From a virus (Duplodnaviria; Caudoviricetes): 48,808 nucleotides of DNA. The stretch spans positions 1-48,808 of IMG/VR virus record IMGVR_UViG_3300017766_004362; one strand, given 5' to 3'. The number at the start of each line of letters is the position of its first letter. The first letter of the stretch is position 1. A program made the translations under genes and the position numbers. The notes beneath the pieces were generated by a model. It did not search any database, was not told where the DNA came from, and saw only the letters and a program-made list of their open reading frames with translations. Below are positions 34,409-43,525 of this stretch, one piece after another.

Positions 34409-36895
34409 CTACCCGCCGATCTTGATGGTTCCGCCAGCGGAGTTCGTGAGCGAGGGTATGGTTAAGCGACCGCGTTGATTTAACGAGGTCATCGTTTGAA
34501 GTGTTGCCGTAGAGGAAGAGATAGTCACACCAAAAACCGTACCTAGATATTGCCCGGTGGAATAGCCCCAACCTCCGCCTCCCGCTTGCAACGTGCCCGC
34601 CTGAATCTCCGTTCCTCCGCGATACGAACTCGGGTCGGCGGAAAGGCGCAATATACCGTTGCCTTTTTTGACAATGCCCTTGATGCCGCTCGGTTCGCCC
34701 ACGGGCGCGTCAAACCACAGAATACCGCTTCCGTTTGTGGTGATGGCTACGGATGACGCCGCCGTACTCAACGAAATAGAAGCCAGCGTTGATATCTTGA
34801 AGTCGGCCGTACCGGCAAAGGCAAAGTCCGCTGAGAGATAGGCGCGCAGGTCCACGGTCGCAGCAACGGAAGCGTCAAGGGTGCCGCCGTTGATGAACAA
34901 ACCTCCGGTAAAAGAAGGCGAACCGCCAAGACCGAAAGCGTTCGTTGCACGACCCGCAATCAACGTACCAGCGTCGAGCGTCGTGAACCCGGTGTAGGTG
35001 TTGTTTCCCGACAGTATCAGGCTATTTGTGCCTGCTTTTGTGATTCCAAAGAGAGTGCCGCTGACGACGCCCGAAAGCGTCAACACTCCACCGGAGCCGT
35101 TTGTCGTGATGGTGCGGGATGCGCCGAGTGAAACCGTGCCCGCGAGCGTCAACGCAGCCGTTCCGCTGAACGAGACATCGCCACCGAGGACCACGTTGTT
35201 GCCGAGCGTAGCCGTTGTCGAAGCGTCGAGAGCGCCGCCGTTCCAGGTGAGTTGCCCACGACCGAGCGGACCCGAGGTCACGCTCCCCGGTGAGCCGACG
35301 TACGACGCCCCGACGCGCACGGTGCCTTGGCTGATGACCGTTGGGTTCGTGTAGAGGTTCTGCGCTGAAACGACCGCCGTTCCCGTGTCACCGCTGACCG
35401 TGTTGTACGAGACCGTGCTCGTGCTTGCGCTGATGACCGAGGTGGAAGGCAGCGTCAGGGTCTTGCCCGCCGCGACCGTGAACGTGAGGTTGTGGCTGTT
35501 GGTCGTGACCGGCGCGGTCAGCGTGCCGCTCTCTGAGGCACGGACGAGCGTTCCTGCCGTCAGCGCAATGCCGCTGAACGTGTTCGTGACCGCGTTGGCG
35601 ACGACGAGTGCGCCTGCGTTCGATACGCCCGTGCCGGCTAGCGCCACCGTGCGCGACGAGTAGGTGATGTTCGACGCGCCGCCCAGCGACAGCGTGGCCC
35701 CGCTCGTGACCGAGATTGCCGCTGTGCTGGACGCCGCTCCGAGAGCCGTGGTCGAGTTGGCGTTGAGCGTTCCGGCGGAGACAGAGATCGCTCCGCTGTT
35801 CGTGTTGTTTCCCGTAAGAGTCCACGACCCCGTGCCGATTTTGGTGATTGCACCCGTACCTGCGAGAACACCGCCAAAGGTCGCGCTCGCGTTGTTGTTA
35901 CCGACCGAGTACGCCCCGTTCTGTGTAAACGTGTTTAGTGTCCCCGAGGCTGTCGAAAGACCACCAAGGACTGCGCTTGCCGGAAGCGAAAGCGTGCCAA
36001 CGGTCGACGTGCCCCAATCAACGGTCGAGTTCTGCAAACCGTTGACATTAGAGAGCGTAAGCGTTCCAGCGGTTACCTGGGTCGTTCCGCTGACAGTGTT
36101 GGCGGCTCCAAGCGTCAGCGTGTTTGCGCCCGCCTTCGTGAAATTGAACGCTCCCGCCACTACGCCTGACAGCGTCACAGCCGATGGAATAGTCAGCGCC
36201 GTATTGCCCAAAAGTGTTGTCGTTCCCGAGAACGTCAACGCGCCCGTGTTCGTCGCGTTGCCCAGCGTCATCGTACCGTTGAGTGAGAGAGCGTTGGCAA
36301 GAGTGCGTGCCGACGTACTGTCGCTCGACAGCGTGCCGCCGGTCATCGTGATGGTGCTGCCAGCTCCGGTTCCGAGGGCTTGGTTGTTGCCCACTCGCAC
36401 GGTACCCGCACTGATGTCCGTGCCGCCGCTGTAGGTGTTCGCGTTCCCGAGGATGATAACGCCAGAGTTGTTGCTGGTGAGCTTGAACGCTCCCGAGATG
36501 ACGCCACTGACGAGAATGGCTCGACCGGAGCCGATGGACCACGACTGCGCGTTGGCAAGAGCCACATTTACAGACGATGAGAAGATGGCATTTGCCGACG
36601 TGCCCGACATATCAATGCCGCCAAGCGTCAGGGTCTGCGTCGTCTCGCCTCCGCTCACACCGCCGCGCAGGGTAATGTCCCCCTGGGCGTTGCCGTTCAT
36701 CCAGAACGTGCCAAGGGAGCGAGAGCTGTTCAGATAAACCGTGCGAGCCGTGGTCGTACCGTTGGCGTTGAAAAACGCAATCTCGCCCGCACCGGGAACA
36801 GTGGCGACGGTCGTGGTGCCCCCGATGGTCGTCCACCAGTTGGTCGTTGTGTTCCAAGTAGCGTTGTCTGCGCCTCGCCAGTAGCCGGTAGCCAT
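34409..36895 (-). CDS. Autotransporter-associated beta-strand-repeat (PATR-like) protein, putative virion fibre/spike
   Basis: About five repeats of the type TK.G.G.L.L.G.NTY.G.T.I.AGTL; no signal peptide or C-terminal beta-barrel evident; GGGAGGAG RBS. Confidence 0.75.
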   Translation of the reverse strand: MATGYWRGADNATWNTTTNWWTTIGGTTTVATVPGAGEIAFFNANGTTTARTVYLNSSRSLGTFWMNGNAQGDITLRGGVSGGETTQTLTLGGIDMSGTSANAIFSSSVNVALANAQSWSIGSGRAILVSGVISGAFKLTSNNSGVIILGNANTYSGGTDISAGTVRVGNNQALGTGAGSTITMTGGTLSSDSTSARTLANALSLNGTMTLGNATNTGALTFSGTTTLLGNTALTIPSAVTLSGVVAGAFNFTKAGANTLTLGAANTVSGTTQVTAGTLTLSNVNGLQNSTVDWGTSTVGTLSLPASAVLGGLSTASGTLNTFTQNGAYSVGNNNASATFGGVLAGTGAITKIGTGSWTLTGNNTNSGAISVSAGTLNANSTTALGAASSTAAISVTSGATLSLGGASNITYSSRTVALAGTGVSNAGALVVANAVTNTFSGIALTAGTLVRASESGTLTAPVTTNSHNLTFTVAAGKTLTLPSTSVISASTSTVSYNTVSGDTGTAVVSAQNLYTNPTVISQGTVRVGASYVGSPGSVTSGPLGRGQLTWNGGALDASTTATLGNNVVLGGDVSFSGTAALTLAGTVSLGASRTITTNGSGGVLTLSGVVSGTLFGITKAGTNSLILSGNNTYTGFTTLDAGTLIAGRATNAFGLGGSPSFTGGLFINGGTLDASVAATVDLRAYLSADFAFAGTADFKISTLASISLSTAASSVAITTNGSGILWFDAPVGEPSGIKGIVKKGNGILRLSADPSSYRGGTEIQAGTLQAGGGGWGYSTGQYLGTVFGVTISSSTATLQTMTSLNQRGRLTIPSLTNSAGGTIKIGG

Positions 36896-36912
36896 CGCTT
36901 ATCTCCTCCCGC

Positions 36913-37206
36913 TCAGGCGAGCGTGACCACGACGCATTGCCACGTCGTTCCGCTGAAGTTGACCGCTTCCTGCGACACGCCGACGACCGTTTGCCCCGAG
37001 GGCGCGTTCGTGATGGTCGCGCCAACGTAGCCGGTGATGCTGTTCGCCTTCACGAGCACCCACCGACCGCTGCCCATGGTCGCCGCCGAGAGGTCGAAGT
37101 TCTGTACCGCCGAGCCGCAGGCGTAGGTGCCGTTGACGGTGATGGTCCAGTCGCCCGACGAGACGTTGTCGGGGGCCGACTGCCGATGTACCCGCACGTT
37201 CGGCAT
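36913..37206 (-). CDS. Small beta-rich structural protein (putative)
   Basis: Tightly packed between fibre genes. Confidence 0.6.
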   Translation of the reverse strand: MPNVRVHRQSAPDNVSSGDWTITVNGTYACGSAVQNFDLSAATMGSGRWVLVKANSITGYVGATITNAPSGQTVVGVSQEAVNFSGTTWQCVVVTLA

Positions 37207-37208
37207 GA

Positions 37209-38918
37209 CTACACCGTCCCCGGCAGGGTCCAGTAGGGGTTGATCACGTTCGCGGGCGTGGTCGCCAAGACCAAAACGGTCTGGCCCTCTAGAACGGCCG
37301 TCGCGCTGATGATGCCCGACCCCACGGTCTGTCCGCCTAGGATGGAAACCGAGCCCAAAAACACCGCGTTTGCGTAGACGCTGAAAACAGCCGTCGTCCC
37401 GCCCGTGTTGCTGGTGCAGGCAAAACGCGCGGATGTGGCAACGCCCCCGAGCGTGAAATCCCGCGCAGCTACGAAGCGCATAATGGTCGCGCCGCTCGCG
37501 GGCGTGCCCACGAACTCGCCCGAGATATCGTAGGGCGTCAAGCCCGCAAAGTCCGCAGCGACCAAGGCTCGGAAGCTCGGCGCGGCGTCAACACCCGTTG
37601 TTGGTCCCGCGAAAACGGTGTTGGCGCTCGCCGTGCGAACGCCTGTTCCGCCCTGGCCCGCAGCAAGCGCGTTCGTCGGCAGCGTCAGCGTTCCGTAGAT
37701 GCGTGACGTGATGCTGGCCGAGCCGATGTAGACGTTGGCCGTGTTCGTCTCGCCGATGGAGATGTCGCCGTTCGTTGCTCCGGTGCCGGCGAGCAGCGTC
37801 AGCGTACCGCCTGTGAAAGTTGGGCTGCTTCCGCCGCTGATCACGACGCCGCCGCCCAGACCGCTGCCGTTGGCCGTGCCTCCGTTGATTGAGAGTATGC
37901 TTCCCGCCGCAAACGGTGTGTTCGTTACGTCGCCCGCTTGAATCACATAACTAGAAGACGCAGCCGTGCTTGACCACTTCAGCGTGCTCGGCAGTGACAG
38001 CGTCAGTGACCCCGCGCCGGGAGTCACGGTGACCTGATTGGCTGTGCCGGTCAGGCTCGCGTTCTCCCACCGTGTCTGCCCCGTGGTCGCGTCGTAGATG
38101 AGAATCTGACCCGAAGTCGGGGAGTTGACGTAGACGTCGTGAAGCTCGCCCAACTCGTATCCGTTCTGCGTATGCACAAGCAGAACGCCAGCCGCGCCGT
38201 TGCTCGCCTTCACGCAGTAGCCGACCATGACCAGGTGCTGCGGAGCCTCGGGCTTGGTCGGCGTCAACCCACCCGCCGTCGTGGGCGAGAGGTAGACCAC
38301 ATCGCCGTCCGCAAACGTGGTCGAGGGCAGCACGGTCAGGTCACGAAGTACACCGTTCGTGATGATGAAGCCCTCGGCGTTCTGCGCGATGGACTCCGCG
38401 ACCACGCCGAGAATGGTCGCTGAAGTCAGGTCCGCGTCCGCCGTGGCTCGCTTGACGTTGACCCGCGTGCCGGACGAACCGAAGACGTAGACGACCATGC
38501 CCTTGGTCAGGGTCACCGTGTCAGCGTTCACGACTCTCTGATAGAGCTGCTGCCCGACGATGGCGTCGACATTGCCGCCGACCATGAGCGTGTTCAGCGA
38601 GCCTTCCAGCGTGTTCCACGAAATCTGACCGGGGGACGTCGGAGCGATGGGCGAGGTCGTGTCGAACGCGAACCGCTGCGGCGCGTCAAGGTTGTAGGTG
38701 CCCGAGGTCGTGATGGGACTGGTCGTGCCCCCGATGACGATGCCCGACGTTCCGCCGGTCAGGCCCACGCTCGTCACGGTTCCCGAGCCGCCACCTCCGC
38801 CCGCTTCCGCCTTCCACTCGCTCGTGGCCGCGTCCCACGTCAGGACGTCGTTGTCGTTCGTGCCGGCGAGTTCCTGAACCTTGCCTGCGCCGAGAGAAAG
38901 AAGAACGGGCTTGGACAT
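37209..38918 (-). CDS. Fibre protein (tail or head fibre)
   Basis: Gly/Thr/Ser-rich; fibre-typical segments DVLTWD, GTVTSVGL, ELHDV...GQILIYD and GQGGTG...VFAGP...APSFRALVAAD. Confidence 0.75.
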   Translation of the reverse strand: MSKPVLLSLGAGKVQELAGTNDNDVLTWDAATSEWKAEAGGGGGSGTVTSVGLTGGTSGIVIGGTTSPITTSGTYNLDAPQRFAFDTTSPIAPTSPGQISWNTLEGSLNTLMVGGNVDAIVGQQLYQRVVNADTVTLTKGMVVYVFGSSGTRVNVKRATADADLTSATILGVVAESIAQNAEGFIITNGVLRDLTVLPSTTFADGDVVYLSPTTAGGLTPTKPEAPQHLVMVGYCVKASNGAAGVLLVHTQNGYELGELHDVYVNSPTSGQILIYDATTGQTRWENASLTGTANQVTVTPGAGSLTLSLPSTLKWSSTAASSSYVIQAGDVTNTPFAAGSILSINGGTANGSGLGGGVVISGGSSPTFTGGTLTLLAGTGATNGDISIGETNTANVYIGSASITSRIYGTLTLPTNALAAGQGGTGVRTASANTVFAGPTTGVDAAPSFRALVAADFAGLTPYDISGEFVGTPASGATIMRFVAARDFTLGGVATSARFACTSNTGGTTAVFSVYANAVFLGSVSILGGQTVGSGIISATAVLEGQTVLVLATTPANVINPYWTLPGTV

Positions 38919-38951
38919 GAGAACACCTCACGGTTCCTTGTTTCCCCAAAG

Positions 38952-38991
38952 CACGAACGCCCCCCGACCCGAAGGCCGAGGGGCGTCGTGT
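38952..38991 (-). terminator. GC-rich hairpin (UUCG loop) after 39006..39680
   Basis: Minus strand CGCCCCTCGGCC-TTCG-GGTCGGGGGGCG with a weak T-tract. Confidence 0.5.
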
Positions 38992-39005
38992 TGAACGTGC
39001 AAGAA

Positions 39006-39680
39006 CTAGGCGATCTCGCCGAAGGTCTTGAGGACGATGACGATCTTGTCGTTCGCCACGTCGCTGACGTATCCGACCTGCGTGGCGAAGTCCCCGGCGC
39101 TGAGACCGGAGTACGGCACGACCGCGCCGTCGTCGCCGACGAACATCGGGTCGCCGACCGACCGACCGGCGAGGTCGGACGAGACCGCGATCTCGGCGTC
39201 GAGCTGCACGGTGACCACGAGGTTGTTGATGCTCTTGATGACGCCGATGGCGTTTGAGGTGAGGTCCGCGTCCTTGTCGGCGCGCGCGAGCGGGGCGTTC
39301 GTTCCCGCGCCGAGGCACACGACCTGACCGGCCGCGAGGTTCGTGGTCGCCGCCACGGTGAAGTCCTGGAGCGACACGCCGCTCGTGAGGACCGCGACCT
39401 GCGCGTCGACGTAGCCCGCCGTCGCGAGGGCCGTGTCGCCGCCGCCGGCCGGGGTGGCCGTGACCGCGAACGAGGTCGCCGCCGCAGCCGCCGAGCCGAT
39501 GTTGAGGCTCGCGCCGTCGATGAGGCCCGCGCCCGCCGACAGGCCGGTCGCCGTCACGGTCGAGGACGACGAAATCGGCAGGGTGACGTCGAACTGCGTC
39601 CCGCCGTCGTTGAGTTCAAGTCCCGCAACCTCCTTGACCTTGCCCGCGCCCGCGCTGAAAAGACTCTTGATAGCCGCCAT
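39006..39680 (-). CDS. Capsid decoration / fibre-like structural protein
   Basis: C-terminal domain resembles those in 40072..40560 and 37209..38918; AGGAGG RBS. Confidence 0.6.
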   Translation of the reverse strand: MAAIKSLFSAGAGKVKEVAGLELNDGGTQFDVTLPISSSSTVTATGLSAGAGLIDGASLNIGSAAAAATSFAVTATPAGGGDTALATAGYVDAQVAVLTSGVSLQDFTVAATTNLAAGQVVCLGAGTNAPLARADKDADLTSNAIGVIKSINNLVVTVQLDAEIAVSSDLAGRSVGDPMFVGDDGAVVPYSGLSAGDFATQVGYVSDVANDKIVIVLKTFGEIA

Positions 39681-39689
39681 TGCTGCCTC

Positions 39690-40082
39690 CTACTGCCCCG
39701 AGGAAATCTCGGTGGTGACGACTCCGGTCTCGGAGTCAAAGCTGAATTCGCTGTCTAGGGCGAGGCGGGTCTTGACCCGGCGCGTCCACTCAAGGTGCCT
39801 TGTTTCCGCCTTGGAAAGGCGCTCGCCGCACTCGGCAATCGCTTTCTCGAACGCTAGGACACGGTTCTCGGGGTCGATGCGAGCGAGCAGGACCAGCCGC
39901 TCCAGCCTCAGTCGAGCCGCTCGCTCGTTCGACGCCTCGCCCTCCAAGGCCGCCGAGAGAAGGTGCCGATGCTCGTCCTCGAGCAGGCTCACGACCTTCT
40001 TGGGCTTCGGGATGTCCGACAAGGACACCTTGGGCTTCAGGGCGTCCTTGGAAATCTTGGGCTTGGGGCTCTTAGCCGTCAT
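39690..40082 (-). CDS. Hypothetical helical protein (possible assembly chaperone)
   Basis: ATG 40082 overlaps the end of the upstream gene. Confidence 0.55.
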   Translation of the reverse strand: MTAKSPKPKISKDALKPKVSLSDIPKPKKVVSLLEDEHRHLLSAALEGEASNERAARLRLERLVLLARIDPENRVLAFEKAIAECGERLSKAETRHLEWTRRVKTRLALDSEFSFDSETGVVTTEISSGQ

Positions 40083-40560
40083 TGAGGACGATGATCCCCG
40101 ACTGGAGGAAGAGCTTGGTCGCCGAGTAGGCGGCACCGACGCGCTGCACTGCGTACCCTGACGCGGTCGGAGCCGTGGTCGTGATTCCGCCGCTGTTGCC
40201 CACGAAGTACGAGGCTCCCGGCGTCAGTCCCGAGGTCGTGTAAATCGTCTCGGTCTGCACCTTGTTGGTGGCCGGGTCGAGCAGGAACCCGATGAACGAG
40301 GGCATGGACGCCCCGTCCGATGCCTTGCACTCGACGAGCGCACCGGAAGGACCGATACCCACGGCCGTGCCCACCGCGAGCGCGGAAGCGGTCCCGCCGA
40401 AGGTCGTCGTGCCGTCGCCGCCGCCGCCGCCGCCCGCGAGGTCGGCAATGGACTGCGTGCTGGTCTTGCGAAGCACGCCACCTTGGGAGACGACCAGGTC
40501 CTCGTCGCCCTCCAGGGGTTGACGGGCACGGGGATAGATTTCAATGCGCGGAAACGCCAT
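40072..40560 (-). CDS. Capsid decoration-like structural protein
   Basis: GLTPGASYFVGNSGGITTTAP...VQRVGAA pattern; GAGG RBS. Confidence 0.6.
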   Translation of the reverse strand: MAFPRIEIYPRARQPLEGDEDLVVSQGGVLRKTSTQSIADLAGGGGGGDGTTTFGGTASALAVGTAVGIGPSGALVECKASDGASMPSFIGFLLDPATNKVQTETIYTTSGLTPGASYFVGNSGGITTTAPTASGYAVQRVGAAYSATKLFLQSGIIVLNDG

Positions 40561-40575
40561 CGGGAACCTCGAGGA

Positions 40576-40830
40576 CTACCAGAGCGCGATGATCTCGGAG
40601 GCCGTGGTGCCTGCGGACCACACGCGGCGAGCCTGCACCATGAGAATGCCCGTGGGGACGTTCTTCAGCGTCACGGTGTCGCCGTTCAGCGTCGTGAGCT
40701 TGATGTCCTTGGTCGAGCCGCCCACGCCGACGTAGAGCATGCGGGCGAAGTTCGGCAGGTCAGCACTGTCGTTCGGGGTCACCGCGGCGGCGGACAGCGC
40801 CGGGTCGTTCGGAAGGACGTAACGGGCCAT
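40576..40830 (-). CDS. Head spike base protein (RcGTA Rcc01079-like)
   Basis: 84 aa: AAAVTPNDSADL...RMLYVGVGG...GDTVTLKNVPTGILMVQARRVWSAGTTASEIIALW; directly after the MCP. Confidence 0.75.
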   Translation of the reverse strand: MARYVLPNDPALSAAAVTPNDSADLPNFARMLYVGVGGSTKDIKLTTLNGDTVTLKNVPTGILMVQARRVWSAGTTASEIIALW

Positions 40831-40867
40831 GGGTAGACTCCTCGTTGTTCCTTGTTTCCCGAAGCGA

Positions 40868-40903
40868 AACGACCCCCGCACCCTTTCGGGTACGGGGGCC
40901 GTC
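40868..40903 (-). terminator. Hairpin downstream of the major capsid gene
   Basis: Minus strand GGCCCCCGTACCC-GAAA-GGGTGCGGGGGTC then GTTTC. Confidence 0.65.
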
Positions 40904-40925
40904 GGCATCCGCCTAACGGCGTCTG

Positions 40926-42197
40926 CTAGTGCGTGATGCCCGAGAGGATCACGCCCTGAGCGGGCTTGTGAACGAAGACCGCGAGGTCGGCGTAGTTCTG
41001 GAGCTCGACAGCGTTCTTGCCCTCGACGAGGCGGAAGAAGCGGTCCGGCATGCCCGGGATCTCGAAGGTGGGCTTGCTCGAGCCGACGAACAGCGCGTCG
41101 TTCTGGTCCATGATGAGGCCCTGACCGTTCTTGATGAACGGGTGGCACACCACCGTCAGCTTGCCGTTGATGTGGTCGTAGGACAGCGCCTGCGACCCGT
41201 TCTCGGCCTTCGCGCCCGAGTACGACGAGTCGAACATGCGAAGGCCCATGTTCTCGGCGTTCAGGTCCGCGAAGGTCTTGGTGCCGACGAGGACGATGGC
41301 GTCGCTCATCAGGCCCTTGTCGACGGCGAGGCTCGCGGCCTCGACGACCTTGGCCGAGGAGATTTCGCCGATGGCCGACGCCTCGTTGCCCTTGAGCAGC
41401 GAGTACGGGGTGCGGGTGATGCCGAAGAGCGCCACCGTGGCCGGGTCGTACTGCTTGAAGAGACCGGCCATCTCGTTGTACTCGCCGCCGGCCTTCTTCG
41501 CGCCCTTCGGGAAGATGTCGTCATCCGCCGCGATGCTGCCGAAGGTGCCGGAACCGGAGACGTAGGTGAACTCCAGCGTCCGCGAGGACGAAGTGATCTT
41601 GGTGAGCTGGAGCACGAGCTCGCGGTTCGTGTCGCCGTCCCACAGCTCGAACTCGGCGTTCTCCAGCGTGACCCAGATACCGCTGGCCCACGTCTCGTCG
41701 CTGACGACGACGTTGACGACGCTCGGCGAAGCGATGGTCTTGGACGCGACCTTGCCGAGGCCGACCTGGCCGTGCAGCGTGGACAGCTCGAGGCGGGAGA
41801 ACATGCTGTTTGCCATGTCCTCGACGAGCCAGCTCGACGCCTTCTTGAACGCGCGAGCGCCGGCCGTGGACGCCTGCGAGAGCGCCTTGTAGGAAAGCTG
41901 ACCGCGGAGGTTCAGTTCCGAGCCCTTGACCTGCGCCTCGCGCATCAGCGCGTTGATGGCGTCGTTCAGGTCGCCCACGCCGCCGGACTCGCCAAGGTAG
42001 GTGACGCCCTGGCTCTGGCGCAGAACGCACGGCACCGCGTAGAACGCGCCGTTCTGCTTGTCCGCGGGGACGTACTTGATCTTCTGCTGGAGGATCGCGT
42101 GCTGCGGGATCAGGTCGTTGAGGTCGGGGGCGTACTGGGTCTTGAAGAGACCGTTCAGCGTTCCTACGGTATTCGCGCCGTCCGTGTTCGTGGCCAT
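40926..42197 (-). CDS. Major capsid protein
   Basis: 423 aa after portal and scaffold; strongly biased codon usage; LNGLFKTQY N-terminus; ends PAQGVILSGIT; followed by a terminator. Confidence 0.85.
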   Translation of the reverse strand: MATNTDGANTVGTLNGLFKTQYAPDLNDLIPQHAILQQKIKYVPADKQNGAFYAVPCVLRQSQGVTYLGESGGVGDLNDAINALMREAQVKGSELNLRGQLSYKALSQASTAGARAFKKASSWLVEDMANSMFSRLELSTLHGQVGLGKVASKTIASPSVVNVVVSDETWASGIWVTLENAEFELWDGDTNRELVLQLTKITSSSRTLEFTYVSGSGTFGSIAADDDIFPKGAKKAGGEYNEMAGLFKQYDPATVALFGITRTPYSLLKGNEASAIGEISSAKVVEAASLAVDKGLMSDAIVLVGTKTFADLNAENMGLRMFDSSYSGAKAENGSQALSYDHINGKLTVVCHPFIKNGQGLIMDQNDALFVGSSKPTFEIPGMPDRFFRLVEGKNAVELQNYADLAVFVHKPAQGVILSGITH

Positions 42198-42410
42198 CTG
42201 TCACTCACTGTGCGGCTCTAGGCCGCGGTAGGGGTTTCTTGCGGAAAGGGTTGACGTGCGGTCGTGCGGTCGAGCGTTCGACTCCTGCCTTGTCCCCGGC
42301 GGATGGCCCGAAGGCGTCCTTGTGCCGTCGACTCGGAGAGTCGCTTGGAAAGACGGTTGGATGGCTTTCGCGTCCTTGCGCCCTTCACTTCCCCTTGTTT
42401 CCCGCTCCCG

Positions 42411-42455
42411 AAAAAAGTTCGACGCCCCTACACCTTGGGGTGCAGGAGCGTCAAA
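42411..42455 (-). terminator. Intrinsic terminator after the scaffold gene
   Basis: Minus strand GACGCTCCTGCACC-CCAA-GGTGTAGGGGCGTC-GAAC-TTTTTT. Confidence 0.75.
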
Positions 42456-42480
42456 CCGCTAGAAATAGGCTGTTTTCGTA

Positions 42481-43494
42481 CTATTCGATGCCGTAGAGAT
42501 GTTTCATCCGCCACTCAGCGGGCGTCATGGGCTTGTTCCGCACGCCCGGGACGTCGGGCTTGCGAGCCGGGGGCGGAGGTGTCGGAGCCTTGGTCGTCGC
42601 ACCGCGAACGCCCGCGAGCTTCGCCCGAATGGCCTCGTTGACGACGTCCTCGCCCAGGTACTTCAGGAGCGCGTCACCCTTGAGGCCCTGCACCTGACGA
42701 CGGTGGATGGTCTCGAGCCGCTTGTTCGCCTCCGCGGCCATCTGAGCGGGGGTCAACTCCACGCCGTAGTCGAGCGCGGCCTCAGCGATCTCAGCCATCA
42801 TCGGCAGGACCACCGTGCGGGAAAAGCCCTTGTCCTCAAAGCCCATCTGTTCGATGGCCTGAAGGAACTCCTGCTCCGTCTGCTCGAAGACCTGCTGCTC
42901 GTAAGCCTCGCGCTTGGACGTCTCGGCCGCGGTCTTCTGCTCCTCGAACTGCCGCTCGTACTCGGCCAGCTTGCGCTGAAGCTCGACCTTCTCGCGCTCG
43001 GCCTCGGGCATCATGGACTCCTGATACCTCTCCATGATCCGCTTCTCGGCCCACTCGTCTAGGTCAAGACCGGCGATTTCCTTGAGCGCCTTGGCCGGGT
43101 CGGTCTTGAGCGTCTTGAGCGCCTCCTCGATCTGCTTGCGCTGGCTCGCGACCTCCTGAAACCGCTTGTCGACCGCGTGGGCCTTCTGGAGACGCACCCG
43201 AATCTCGTCGTCCGTCAGCTCCTCCTCGATCTCCTGCCCGTCGACCTTGAGCGCGTACTTCCTGCGCTCGGCCGCGGTCGGGGCCTTCGGTGCGGCGGGC
43301 TTCTGCGCGGGAGCCTCGCCCTTCGCCGACCCGAGCGTCGGTTTCATCGCCGCCTCGCTGGCCTGTGCGCCAAACTCCGAGCTTCCTCCGTTCGACGAAG
43401 CGGCGGACTGAAGAGCCTGGCCCTCGGCCCCGCTCTCGCCCGTCGCCGCGTCGCCCGTGGGGGTGGACTCGGTCGAACCGGTGTTCTCGCTCAC
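42481..43494 (-). CDS. Capsid scaffolding protein
   Basis: Between portal and MCP; acidic and helical; YALKVDGQEIEE motif; basic/Pro C-terminus. Confidence 0.78.
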   Translation of the reverse strand: MSENTGSTESTPTGDAATGESGAEGQALQSAASSNGGSSEFGAQASEAAMKPTLGSAKGEAPAQKPAAPKAPTAAERRKYALKVDGQEIEEELTDDEIRVRLQKAHAVDKRFQEVASQRKQIEEALKTLKTDPAKALKEIAGLDLDEWAEKRIMERYQESMMPEAEREKVELQRKLAEYERQFEEQKTAAETSKREAYEQQVFEQTEQEFLQAIEQMGFEDKGFSRTVVLPMMAEIAEAALDYGVELTPAQMAAEANKRLETIHRRQVQGLKGDALLKYLGEDVVNEAIRAKLAGVRGATTKAPTPPPPARKPDVPGVRNKPMTPAEWRMKHLYGIE

Positions 43495-43525
43495 TGACTA
43501 CCTCGCGCGGCTCGTCGAGCCGCCG

